DNA of 64,000 bases. It comes from Raillietiella orientalis. Taxonomy: Eukaryota. Every line of letters begins with the position of its first letter. Within the stretch, counting starts at the first letter, position 1. This document shows positions 37,001 through 49,158 of the stretch, piece after piece. A model generated the notes under the pieces. That model worked only from the letters and a program-made list of their open reading frames with translations. It did not search any database and was not told the origin of the DNA. The DNA lies in contig JAYWIR010000003.1 in NCBI GenBank assembly GCA_036172245.1, positions 4,650,001 through 4,714,000 on the forward strand, given 5' to 3'. Position numbers and translations under genes: made by a program.

Positions 37001-39567
37001 CAGCGGCTAGGGAAGGGGGGATGCAGGGCACCCTGGTCAGAGGAGCTCGTGCAATTATCGGTCCTTCCAGGGGGGAGAAGGAGCGGGAAAGAAGGGGAGG
37101 GGAGACAGCGTGGCAACGCCCTTAGGGAGCGCGTATGTTGGGCCAGACGTACCCAGCGGAAGGGGAGGATGAGAGAACGAATACCTTCTGGCCTCTTGCA
37201 GGGAAACCTCGTGCCGAGCAAACTCGAGTGCCTGACGGCGGTTCCCGGAGCGATCGGTTTCCCAAGGCAACGACGCCCTTCTTCCGAGGTCGTAGCTGTC
37301 GCTCCTTGCGCCCTCACGAATCCCTTCCTCCTCCCTTCCTCTTCGTGGAAGGAGTGCGTTGCCGGAGGAAAGAGAACAGAGGCCGCAGTGATCCTTTCCG
37401 CGGGGCGAAGCCTCCGGGAGAAGCGGCGAAACATCCTCAGCTGTTCTTCGCCGTCAGCCCTTCGGCTGAGACGAGCACCTGTAGCGGACCTCGCACCTGC
37501 GCGAGGTCTGGAGTGCAAGCCTCCGCGTCTCGGAACTCCAGAAACGGGAGGCCTTCGGAGGGTCTTTCCGTTGATCCCAGACTGACTGCCGCCTCCTGCC
37601 AGACGTTCTCCCCTCCTCGATCGCCCCAGGGAGAAAACACGGCAGGAAGGCTGCCTGCAGTACCGATCAGTTACGCCCTCTCTCCCGAACTCTTCTCCCT
37701 TCCCTGACTTCCGCCTTCGACCCTGCGGCCTCGCGTCCGACAGCCATCGACGTTCCCTGACTCTCGGAAGAAGAACGCTTCTTAGCTCTAGAGGAACGAA
37801 TTGACCACGCCCGAGTTGAACCCTCTGGAGGGAAGGTTGGGGGGGGGGGGGGTTATTGGGAGGAAACTCTGCAGGGAGAGATGCTTCCCTAGAGAGCGGT
37901 TACTGCCTCCCTTTTGGTCCAGGCGGACGGGCGCCTCGCCCGATCCGCGGAGGTTCGTCCCTTCGTCTTCCCATGAAAAGAGGAGGGCGGAGACGGGGGC
38001 TTTTCCAGCTCGCGTCCCAAGGGGAGACGGCGGGTCGGGAAGGTCGTCCGCCTACGACATTCCGCGGCGTCGCTCCCAGTCCGCCGTCTCCACGGCGGCA
38101 CGTCGCGAGGCTGCTGTCGTCGCCTGCTCCTTTTTACGGGCGTGGGGCAGCGCGCGCGGGGCTTGCATCTCCCTTGCCCGCCACCAGGCGGTCTCCTGCA
38201 TCGTTCGTACGAGCGCCCGTACCTCGCGGTCGGAGCCGACTGCGCGCGCCGACACGGAGGCTGATGACGGCCTTACGTCCCGAAGGTTCGCTCGGGCAGG
38301 GCGACCCCGGCCAAGTTGACCCCTGCTGTCGGCCTCTCTCTCCGCCCTCACCCCTCCGCCTCCCTTCCCGCGTCCTACGCCTTACAGTGCCTTGGAAACG
38401 CGAAACCGGACGACATCCACCGCCGTTTCGTGTTGCCAGGCGCCGAGCGGAGAGCTCCAGAGGTCGGCAAAGAGGAGGAGACGCGTGGTTGCCTTCCGAC
38501 GGTTCCCGTCGTGCTCATTCGCCGCTCCTCCCCCTCTTCGAGTCGTCTTCTCCAGGTCGGAGCGTAACGCGAGTGGGGACGAGCGCGCCGTCTGCACCGG
38601 TGGCTGCGTCTGGCTTGGTGCTTTGTTCCTACCTGAGTCTGGTAAAATCGTGCCTCGAACGTTCTTTGATTTTTCCCAATCAGGGGGGGAAAAAAAAAAA
38701 AAATCATTTTTTTTCTCCCCTTGCCTCGCGATTCCGTATTTTTAGCCCTGCTTGCTTTCTGTTTCCGTAGCTCGGAGAGGAAGGGGGGGGGGGAGGCAGG
38801 AAGGAACAGCAGGAGTGCACAGACTGACGCGCGCGCGTGTTCGCATCGCTGTGCGGATGACGGGATCTGAGAATTTAACTCGCACTCGGGAAGAGGCAGA
38901 TGATTTGCGAAGCAGGAGCGAAATCCGATCACTCCGTTCTTCTTCGGCTTTATTGGCTGTCACCATCTCCGGGGAAAGATGAAAGGTTGAACGCACGGAT
39001 ACAAAGCTTCCGGAAATGAGGACGAGGCAATAACGCAGCAGCATCTCCAGATACGCGGTGATTTGATCACGGGGCACCTTAATCCCAATTACCAGACGTA
39101 GTTATGCAGGGAACCCAATTAGGTGATAAAACCTCGCGTTGTTGTTTCATGGGAAGGCAGCGTTGCTTGAGAACCCGCCTCTGGAGCACGGAGGTGCACG
39201 GCGGCGGAAGCAGTTCCGTTGCTTCCCGCTAGATGGGGAGACCGCCTGGTGTGTGGGGTGTGTCGCTTCTCGGGCAGAGCCGATCCTCTTGCATTTCTGG
39301 ACGGAAAACCTTCCAGATCTCCTCGAGGATGGATGCGAAAGATGTAAGAGGAGGCGGACCAGACACGATACGTCTATTGGACATGATGAGTGCGATGAAC
39401 ACGGAAAGGATGTTTCCGGGTTGTTGCGGATGCACTCTTGCTGGGTAGCACAACCGTGAGATCAATTTCTTGCAGCTATTCTTCGAAGAAATACGCGCTG
39501 GACGCGCGCGCACAGATGCTGTGGTGGATTAGCATAATTTATTTGCAATCAAAGAGATTGTGAGAAG

Positions 39568-39593
39568 GAGAGAGAGAGAGAGAGAGAGAGAGA
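39568..39593. repeat. (GA)n microsatellite
   Basis: Visible dinucleotide run. Confidence 0.95.
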
Positions 39594-42500
39594 ATCTGTT
39601 TGCGCTTTGTTTCATGGAAATATCCTTAACGTGCTTTCTTTTTCTTTTCTTTTTTTGAGGTGGCGGGGGGGGGGGGACATGTGGTTTCGGAATTCCGCAC
39701 GAATATCGATCAAGCGGGGTTGGAAAGTGATACCTGTGAGACGCACACCACACATGCCGCCTGCGTGCGCTTCGCCGTGGCCGTTCCTCCGCAGCCAAAG
39801 AAAAGGCAAAAAAGCACAACAAGGAGCAGCGGGAGAACGAAGCGAGGAGGAGGAGCACACGGGGGGCGGCGCTTCGAAAATGCATCCAACAATGAGGTGG
39901 CGGTGGGCGGGGAGAGCAACAATGCGTCCGGGATCGACGGCACACCTCGGAGCGCGCGCGCGGGATGCAGCATCGCGGTCGTCAAGGCGACTCGGGGCAT
40001 GTTGGCGACGAGGAACGTTGGAAAACAAAGATGGCAGGGGAGGGAGGAAGAAAACCCTGCAAGAAACGTGGTGGGATGGGAGGATTGCTAGCAATAAGAT
40101 GAAGATGCGGATTCGGGTGCCAGTTTGCGACAAGTTCAGCACGACTCCCGCGAGGATCCCTCCGTGAAATATCGAAATGACATGATGGAAGAAATTTACC
40201 GAGTCAGAGGATCCCTAATGAAGCATAAAGAATGAAGAAATGTGTGCACATCTCCAGCACTTAGCTTCCTTGTTTGGAAACTTCCCTGAAGAATTCGGGA
40301 TCCCGTTCCCATGGAGCTCGCTCCGGAATACGTGCGTGAGTTGTCCCGCTTGTGTCCTCCGTCTGTTCGGAGGCATGAAAGTTCCTGCTAATCACGAGGC
40401 TAACTGCAGCGTGCGTACCCCACGAGATCCACTCTCCCGTTACGGGGCCTCTCGTGGGATCCCTCCGCGTTGAGCGTTGCGTCCATACTTTCTACGATTA
40501 ATGGGGTTCGATTGAATCGTGAAGGTGATGGCTGGGGAACGTCCCTCCCGAAACGCCCGTGTACCCTTCGTTCTCTCCCTCTTCTCTCACCGCTTGCGAC
40601 ATGGAGGGTGGGGTTCGCTCGGGGACTCTATTCCGCACCTTCCTCAATTTTTTTTTTTTTTTTTTGGGGGGGGCCTTCGCCCCTACTTCGCCCTCGCTCC
40701 TTCAGGTTTCTTTTTCGACTGTCATCCCGACCGAGGGAAAGGAGACGACAGGAGGGTTTCGTTCCCTTGCGAGCCCGGCCGTGATGACCGAGTGACCACC
40801 CTCCAGCCGAAAACTCTTCTCATCTGACCCGCGCGCGGTCCTCTCAACGATGCCTTTGCCTTCCCAGGAGGAACGTGAAGCTGCGGAGTGCCACCGTTGG
40901 CGCTGGATCCTTTCGCCCTCCGAGACTGAGATCTCCGGTTTCTCTCTGGACCGCGGCCCAGGACTCGTCCCCGACAGTGGGGGGGGGGGGGGGATATGGG
41001 CTGATGTCTGGGAGGATCCAGCCTTTCGTTCCTGGTCACGCTTCAACGAAAGATCCTTCCGTTCTGCTGCTGGAGTCCGGAGGAGCGCGTGGCGCCACTT
41101 GCGGTGGTTTTCGCTCGCCGGCCCGCGGATCGGGACGTGCAGCCGCCGTGGGCCGCGGGCCCTTCCGATTTCACTCTCCCACGTGGCTTCCTGCTGCTGA
41201 TCGAACTCCTCGCCGGGCAACCTCGAGCCTTCCTGGTAGTTCCGGGAGTGTGCGCCGCCGCCAGCGACGCAGGAAATCCAGGGAAGAGAGCCGAGAGGGA
41301 GGGAGGAGGGATGGCCTCCGGCTTTCTTCGCTCCACGTGCTCCTTCGGACTCTCGCGTGCAGCTGGACCGCAAGGCACGCTGGTACATATGTGCAGCAAG
41401 ACAAGCGGGAGGAGGCGAATCCTGCCTTTTCCCAGTTTCCTCCTCTCCTTCCTTCTCACCCTTTTCGAGTCTCCAGGGGTTCTCTCTCCCGCATCCCACA
41501 GCCTTCCTGCGCCTCTGCTGGGAAAAGTGCGCCCGCGCGCGTTTCCGGGAGCAGCTCTACGGGCCACAGGAACCAGCAAGGAACAGCCTTCAAGGTCACG
41601 TTCGCTCTCCTCTTCCGTGGCGGGCGCACCGATCCTCCAGCGGGCGTCCCAGCAGCCGGTCAGGACTCCTCCGCCTCCTTCCGTTCCATCCGCAGCACGT
41701 CGCGTCCCACGTGTTTCCGACGGACGGGATCTTTTGACGGAGGAACCACGCCGAACTCCCTCACCCACGCCATCCTTTCCGAGCAGCAAAGCTCCCGCGC
41801 ATCCTGGTACCTGCACCAGGAGTCTCAGGATCCAATCGGGGAAGGGAGAAACGAGATCCGGGAAAAATTCCGTTCTCCAGGAAGCCCTCTCCCCCTCCCC
41901 CCCCCCTCTTCCCGGGTAGGCCGCCGCGTGTTCCCTTGGAAACTTCAGGACGCACGTGCGATCCTCGTCACGCGCGCTCCGCCCGTTTCCTTTCACGCTC
42001 GCGGAGCACAGGCAGAGGGCGAGGCGGACGCAGGAGATGAGTGCGGGGGAGGGAGGAGGGGGGAAGGGTATGGCACCCCGGTGCCCCCCCGCTCGCCTCC
42101 GGTTCTCCGCAACATGCTCGCTCGACAAAAGCAGCAGCGGGCCGGTGGAGGGGGGGAGAGACGCCGGTGGAGGTCGTGCCGCGTACGTGAGGAAGAGCCT
42201 CCCTGACCCCGCTCGCCCACAGGAGGCTGACGCCGGTTCCTTCCTTCGCCGGAGCTTTCGTCGCCCCCGGCCCCGCGCTGCCTCTTCGCGGGAAAGATCT
42301 CTTCCCAGCGCAGCCCCGCGGTCGCTCCGGTGTTCCTGGGCTTCCCCCGAAGTCTTCCCGGCGGCTCGCGTGCTCCGTGGTGCGGAGCACGCGAGGCGGT
42401 CCCCCGCGCGCGGAGGTCTCATCTGCTGCTTTCCTCCTCGTCTTGTGCCTCGTCCCGAGAGAGGGGCAGTTGGGCTTACGTACCTCGCTCTCGCGCGCAG

Positions 42501-42633
42501 CAGCAGTCTTTACAGCGCAGGTCGAAGGTGACTGCCCGACGATTTTGTGCACGTGGCGGGCCTGTGCACGCAAGCCCCACATCTCCATCCCACGCCGGAG
42601 ACTGCAGGAGCGTTTTTCTTTCTTTCCTTTTCC

Positions 42634-42669
<36 letters not shown>

Positions 42670-44189
42670 ACACTGCGGAAGAGGCGCGACCGGTAGCTGC
42701 CGCGAAACATTACGATTTCTAATGTGGCGAGCGATCCGCTAAGCTTCCGAGGGGCGCGGACTTTCACTTTCACAAAGTTGCCTGCGCGTCGACCACAATG
42801 TTATTCTTTTCCTGCAACTTCTCATTAAAGCCGAAGATACGCATTACCGTGGGGAGTGACAAAGGGGGCGGGACTGTGGATGGAGTTTATTTTGAGTGCC
42901 CCGGGATACAGGTGCTAAGGCATCGCAGGGCCGCGAAGAGCCAGCAGCTGCAGGAGGGGGGTGTCTGTGGGAGAGCGGGGGGGGGGGGGGGGGCAAACGC
43001 CGAGCGACGAAGAACTTCTTCCGAGAGCTCGCCCGCAGCTCGTCGGGACGACGGAAGGACGGTGGGGCGGGGGGCCGCTGCATCGCATCCGCGGGAAGAG
43101 AAGGAGGGGGTAAGCGGGGCGGGAGCGTGCCGGCCGATCCCCTGCCCCCCCCGGCAGGGCAGCAGCGGGGTCCGGCCAGGGGAAATTCCGTGCGCGAGTC
43201 GTGCCTCGGGACGGAGCGGCGCAGGAAACCTCGGGGAGGAGGAGGCGTCTCGTTCGGGCTGACCCCTTTTCGTGCCGCAGGGAACGTGGTGCGCACTTGC
43301 TCAGCTCGGACTGCCGCCGTCCGTGATGGGCCCGCGGTGAAACAGGCGCTCCCCACTTGGAACCTACGATTGCGCGCACCATTAGCTTAAAGTCAGTAAG
43401 GGGTACGAATGCCGAAACCAATGATATCTGAGCATACCGCGGTAAGAAAGTGCAGCTCGAAGACTGAGGAACGTACTTTCAACACCCCCACACCCCCTGA
43501 AAAAAAAGAAAAAAAGAAAAAGAAAAATATGTTATTACTTTCATTTTCTGTTTTAGAAAGAAAAAATAAGGACTCGTGAGAGGGACGCGGGTCGATTTTT
43601 CCACTTCCGAGGTATCGAGCGATCGCAGAGCCAACTCGACTTTGCAGCACACAGAAACGAAAACGGCAAAACCGACGACGCGACAGCTTGCGAACGGGCA
43701 GATCGTCGAGGAGCTTTTCTTTTTCCTTTTTCCTTTTTTTTTTTTTTTTTTCACACTTTTCTTTGTCACCAATGTAACGATCACGGAAAGCAAAAGCGAT
43801 GTGATGGTTCTAAAATTCATCAACCGGCATGCGCGTGTGTGTGTCCTGCGATTTATTGGCTCTGGTGGGGTGCAACAGGTTGCTCTTCGGCAACCTGTTG
43901 CGTCTTAGTGCGCTCAAGACACGGAGGAGGCTGCGGAACTTCTTCGTCATCACCGGACCGAGTTAGTCGCCCCCCCCCCCCGCTCGGCGAAGACGTTACC
44001 GGCAAGCACAGTTCCTTGGAGAGGCTACCGACTCGTGCAAATCAATTGCTCTTCGGCGGCGACGGCGCCTGCGCGTCGCTGGGATGGCAACCGCGCGCCC
44101 CCGCGGTGCGCGGCGCAAACTCGGTCGCCATCTTTGCCTGTGCTGAGCGAGCGGTTTTTTGTTTTTGTTTTTACGTTTTTATGTTTTCT

Positions 44190-44191
44190 CG

Positions 44192-44240
<49 letters not shown>

Positions 44241-44262
44241 GCGCGCGCGCGCGCGCGTGTGT
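44190..44262. repeat. Compound (GTGC)n(GC)n alternating purine-pyrimidine tract
   Basis: About 70 bp of uninterrupted alternation. Confidence 0.95.
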
Positions 44263-47200
44263 TTTGCCCGTGTGTCGTGAAGATGTATGGCGGTTATGAT
44301 GTCGATGAGTTGTTGCAGTGAAGCTCAGGAGCTCCCAGAATGCACCCAAGCGAAAGCCAAACGAAGCTTGGCGAATAAATTTTGCAGAACAGAATAAAGA
44401 GGACTTTTTGTTCGCTGCCGAGTGGCGTCCCCGCTTTTACCACTCGGGTCGCATAGGACGGCGTGCCCCCCTCCCCCCTCCCCCCTTCCCGCGCGCGAGC
44501 GTTCGGGAGGACGAGGACGGCGCGGATGAGAGCGAACCGGGCCTACGGTTTTAGCGGGTGCGTTCCACAAAGAGGATGAACGGGTGGGAGGAGGGGAAGT
44601 CAGCAATGTGGACAACGTCTTGCGTGCTTTACCACTACCACCCCGTGAAAGCGAGGCGAGAAACTCGCCTGCGTCCACTCGCCCCCTTCCTTCCCAGCGT
44701 CGTTTTTGCGAAAGCAAGGAGGGAGGGGTACAACCCGTTTTATCATTGTTATTTATTTATTTACTTGTTTTTTCCGTTTCTGTTTTCTGCTCTCGCTGTA
44801 AGTGCGACATGAATCGTCTCCCATGACAACGGTCTCGAGACAGTGCGGTGAGCGGCAGCCAGGGGGAGGGAGTGGATGAGGGGAAAAGCTAAAAATATCC
44901 TCAAAGAAAAACAATTTAAATCCGTGATCGCAATGCGGGGCAATACGGGGTGGAGTTCGACGGGAGAGAGCGGAAGAGTCCAGGAACGCGCTCCCCAGGA
45001 AACTCCCCTTTCTCCCCCCAAGGGCTTCCCGAGATTGGACCACATGCAGCGGGACAGCGTTCCTTCCATTCCCCCTCCCCCCGCCTATCCCCCCGCGCTC
45101 ACAGGGATTGACGGGGCACGTTGATTGCGAGGCCTCCCAGGCTCTCAGCATTGCTTAGGGTTAGAGCGCTTCCGCCATCGCTCCCTACCACGCGTGGCAG
45201 CCGTTCGCCCCTCCTGGAAAGGTGGGCTGGAGGAGGAGGGGCACGCAGAAGCAACTTCCCCCTCCTTTGCAGAGGGTGGGCAGGCGAGGCTGCTCGTGGC
45301 GCCGCCTGGCGGACGGCGCGGAAGCCCGCCGGAAGCGACCGACCAATACGCGTGCGGGCGCCAAACCCCCCCCCCCTCTCTCTCTCTCTCTCCGGTTCCT
45401 CGAAAAGGAGAGCGTCTCCCAGCTGCCGATGTGGCTCCCCTCCCCCGGCCTCCCGAGCTCCGGCGAGCTGAGGCAGCTTCGTCCGCGGGCCGATCCTGCT
45501 GCCGGGAGGCCTGCGTTGGCGTCTCCCTGTTCGCGGTCCACGCGGGAGCGCGAGAGGAGAGCTCACGGTCCGTCTCCGGGACAACGGGTGACAAACGGAA
45601 TGCGGCAGTGGGAGCGGCGCATCCCGCAAAGCTCCGTGGGAAACAGGACCTCGACCGGTCGTGTCCATGCGACGGTCTCCCTCGGCTCCGGAGGGAAACG
45701 AAGACTTAAAGGACGGCGGGGGGGGATCTTTGTCCTCTCCTCCTCTCATCCCGTCTTCCCCACCCCTCCAGGCCACATCCCATTCCCGTTAATCTGCCGT
45801 TGCGTCCCGGGCAGGCGTGCCTTTCCCTTTCGATCGCTTTTCCACACTTCCGAACGCTCCGCCGCCGTCACCTGCGCGCTCTCCCCCTCCTCCCCCTCCC
45901 TCCCTCCCTCCCTCCGCGTTTGTTTTCCCTCGAGTTCGTTCCTTGCAGAGTGAAAACAGAAAACAGAAAAATAGGGAAACAAAGAAAGGTCATTTTTTTG
46001 GCTGCGTGAGCGCGCGTTTCTTCGCGGGGCAGCTCGGAAACAGAGATGCGATCCGCCTCTTCCCCCCTCCCCCTCCTCCTCTTTCTCCCAAGCGTCCTCC
46101 AATCACGACGTCCGCGAGAAGGCGGTGCGCCTCGAGTGCACGGCGCCGTTACTCTGCCAACCGGTTACCTGGGTCACGCGGAACGGACGGCCCGTGTGCT
46201 GTTGCCAGCGTGGTTTTTGCCGGTTCGGTAGTGGCGTCCGCTCGTCCTTTGTTTCGCGATTGCCCTCCCCCCCTCCTTCGCCTCCCCAGTCTCGCTGCTC
46301 CCTCCCCTCCTCTCTCTCTCCTTGCTTCCTCCCCTCCTCCCCCCCCCCTCCTCCTCTCTTCTCTCTCTCTCTCTCTTTTTTTTTTATGTTGTTGTGACCT
46401 CACGAGTTCAAGTGGAGGAGGAGAAAGAAAGAAAGAGAGATGGGGGGGGGGGGGAAGAAAGAAAGAAAGAAAGAAAGAAAAACATCCTTTGTATCTGCCA
46501 TTACGCGAGAAAGCAGCACGAGGGACCCCTCCGCTTGCTCTCCCCCGTGTCCCACTTTTTATGCGCTCCTTGCCTCCCTGGGAGTCCCGACCGTTTCGCA
46601 CTCCATGCCTCGGATGCTAACCCGAAAAGGTCCAGCTCCAACTCGCTTCCGGATGAAGGAAAGCTCCCCGGGCAAGGTGGGGTGAAAGAAGAGCTGCGGG
46701 TCCGTTATCCCGCGCGGGGGAGCGACCCCGCGCGCGTGCCGTACTTCCGATTGAGGGAACGAACGCGGAGGACCGGGCGGGATCGGAAGGCGGGGAGGGC
46801 GGGCGGGCGGGCGTCCCCTGCATCCGGTGTGTTGCCCACAAGGTTGCAGATGGGAGCGCGCGCTCCGAGCACGGACCACCACCGCTTCGTCCGAACGAGG
46901 CCCCTTTGTCCCGGGGGAGAGGGGACGCCATTTTGTCGAGATGATGGCCGCACGCGCACGTCCCGCGCGCAAGTGCCGCGTGCGTTGGTTTGCAACCGCG
47001 TTGGGACACTCGAGTTTTGCGTCGCGGGGGCGTCCGCGGGTGCCCTCGCAGCGCAACTTTCGGCGGTCGAGGGTTTTCCCCCCCTTTGCGTGGTGGTCGG
47101 ACCAGAAATGCGCGTCCATCCGTTTCCTTGGTTTCCCTTGGAACGCGAGAAGCTTTCGTTCTCTGGACGACCCCATGTCTTTGCAAAGCTTCCCTCCAGG

Positions 47201-47840
47201 AGGATTTTAATTTCGAAGCAGGTTGTGAGCTTTCGTGCTCTTCATCCTGGACCGGAGTCTGCGTTCCTTCCTGCGTGCCTCCATTCTTAGCTGTCTCTTC
47301 TGTTGCTTTCGTCTTGGAAACCCCAGCGTTGCCCCATTCGTGCACAGTGAAACGGCCTTCCCGTCGTCGTCGTCGTCGTCGTCGTTTTCCCCTTCCATTT
47401 CTTCGACTGCGACCATCTTTACGCGGAAGCACCCCGAGAACGCGGGCTCCGGAGGAACCCCGTTACTCGATGATGACGGGCCTGCATGGCAGATGGAGGC
47501 TGAAGTCGTGAGGTGTCTATCGCCCCTTCCACAGATGGCGAATCTGAGGCGGGGAGCCAAACGCTGATGCACCGCGATGCCGAGATTTATCGACTCGCGT
47601 GCTTCCTCTTTCGCGCTCATCCCATCGCATACCGGAGTCTCGGCGAGCGCTCGCCTCCGCGGGAAAGGACCACGAGTTGCCACCTCTCTCGACGAGGTGA
47701 ACTCTTTCCAAGAAGACGCATGCTGGATTTTCGAGCTTCTCTGGGAAGATGCGATGCATCTCGCGGAGCTCGGGAACACGAGTTCCTTTCCAACCCCTCC
47801 GTTCAAGAACGGATGCATGCGGATTTCCTGGGCATCCACA

Positions 47841-47853
47841 TCTCTCTCTCCCT

Positions 47854-47916
<63 letters not shown>

Positions 47917-47983
47917 CCTCCCTCCCTCCCTCTCTCTCTCTCTCTCTCTCTCTGTGCGTGCGTGCGTGCGCGCGCGCGCGTGC
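47841..47983. repeat. Compound (CT)n/(CCCT)n tract followed by (GTGC)n(GC)n
   Basis: About 112 nt of pure pyrimidine abutting about 30 nt of alternating purine-pyrimidine. Confidence 0.95.
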
Positions 47984-48370
47984 TTGCAAAAATCACGGAG
48001 AATCCATCGCAAGGAGCACCGCTCGTGCGCTCGCTTCTGGCTGCTCCAGTCCTGGTTGCGCTCGCTGGAAGGCGCTCTGCTCCAGGGGACCGAAGCGAGG
48101 GTCGCAACCCCCCGGGGAAAAGGGACGAAGAAAGCCTCTCCTGCACCAACCGAAGACGTTGTTGGAGAACAGCGACCAATTCTTGGTTGGGGAGAGCACG
48201 ACCGCAGGAGACCTTCCAAGAAGATCGGTAGTGCGCGATCAGCGCTGCCTGTCTTCGCCTGCTCCCAGTCTTGTTCGCGACGCAATCAGTTGCTAGGGGG
48301 TCTCTCCTAGCCCCGGGTACCCTTGCACAGAGGGCCGAAAGCCGGCCGTGTCACCGGCCGGCCTACGACG

Positions 48371-48605
48371 CTGAACGCCTGGCCCAGAGCATACCGGAGA
48401 GCGGCAGAGCCGGTTCTTCTCCCTGCAAGACGTGTCCTCCTGCGTCGAGGGCACCGCGCCTCCAGGTCACGCGCTCGCCTCTTCGCGCATCGGAAAGGCG
48501 CGAGCGAGCGAGCGAAGGCGGCGACGAAGGGCCTTCGGGGACGTCGTCCAGAGCAGCCCGGCTGGGCCCGTCCTTCCAGCGCGTCTTCCCGACCGTTTCA
48601 ACGTG
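48371..48605. repeat. Left arm of a long inverted repeat (pairs with 53387-53621)
   Basis: 48371-48592 is the reverse complement of 53400-53621 with 3 mismatches in 222 bp, with weaker similarity continuing to 48605. Confidence 0.95.
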
Positions 48606-49120
48606 CTTTTGTGCCGTTCGTGGCCCGCGGTCGTCCTCGCTGCCGCCGCCACTCCTGTCGGACGCCCGCTGGCGTCCTTCGTTTCGCGGCAACGTGCGGA
48701 CGTCGACCTGGACGGGACCGTCGAGGGTCGGATGCGCGCGGTGGGTCGTCCCCGGCTCCAGCGGGACGTCGTGGCCCTCTCCGCGTCCTCCTCCTCCTCG
48801 TCCGCCAGCAGGAGTAGGAAGTTTCGCATCCGACTGCCCGTCGCCACGTTCAGACGAGTGCGCCACGGGGCGAGCAGAGAACGCCTTACTTTCCCCGCGC
48901 CATGCTCACCGGCAGGAACGCTCATTTTCGCGAGGGAGAGGGGAGCGAATCGAGGGAGTGGGGTGGGGCGATGCAGTACGTGGATTCTCCGTAGGCGTGC
49001 GTGTCGTAGGGCAACACGAAACCGGTTGTTTCTATGCGGAGTGTGTGTGCATCCGGGATTTATTCTCGGTGATTACCTAAGGATCCGATCCTTCTCGTGA
49101 CTTCCCTTGTTTACCGGAGG

Positions 49121-49124
<4 letters not shown>

Positions 49125-49156
<32 letters not shown>
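49125..49156. repeat. (AC)n microsatellite
   Basis: Visible dinucleotide run. Confidence 0.95.

Positions 49157-49158
<2 letters not shown>

Noticed and set aside
39458..39481. TGAGATCA start resembling bantam miRNA
   Set aside because: Only the seed matches and there is no flanking hairpin.
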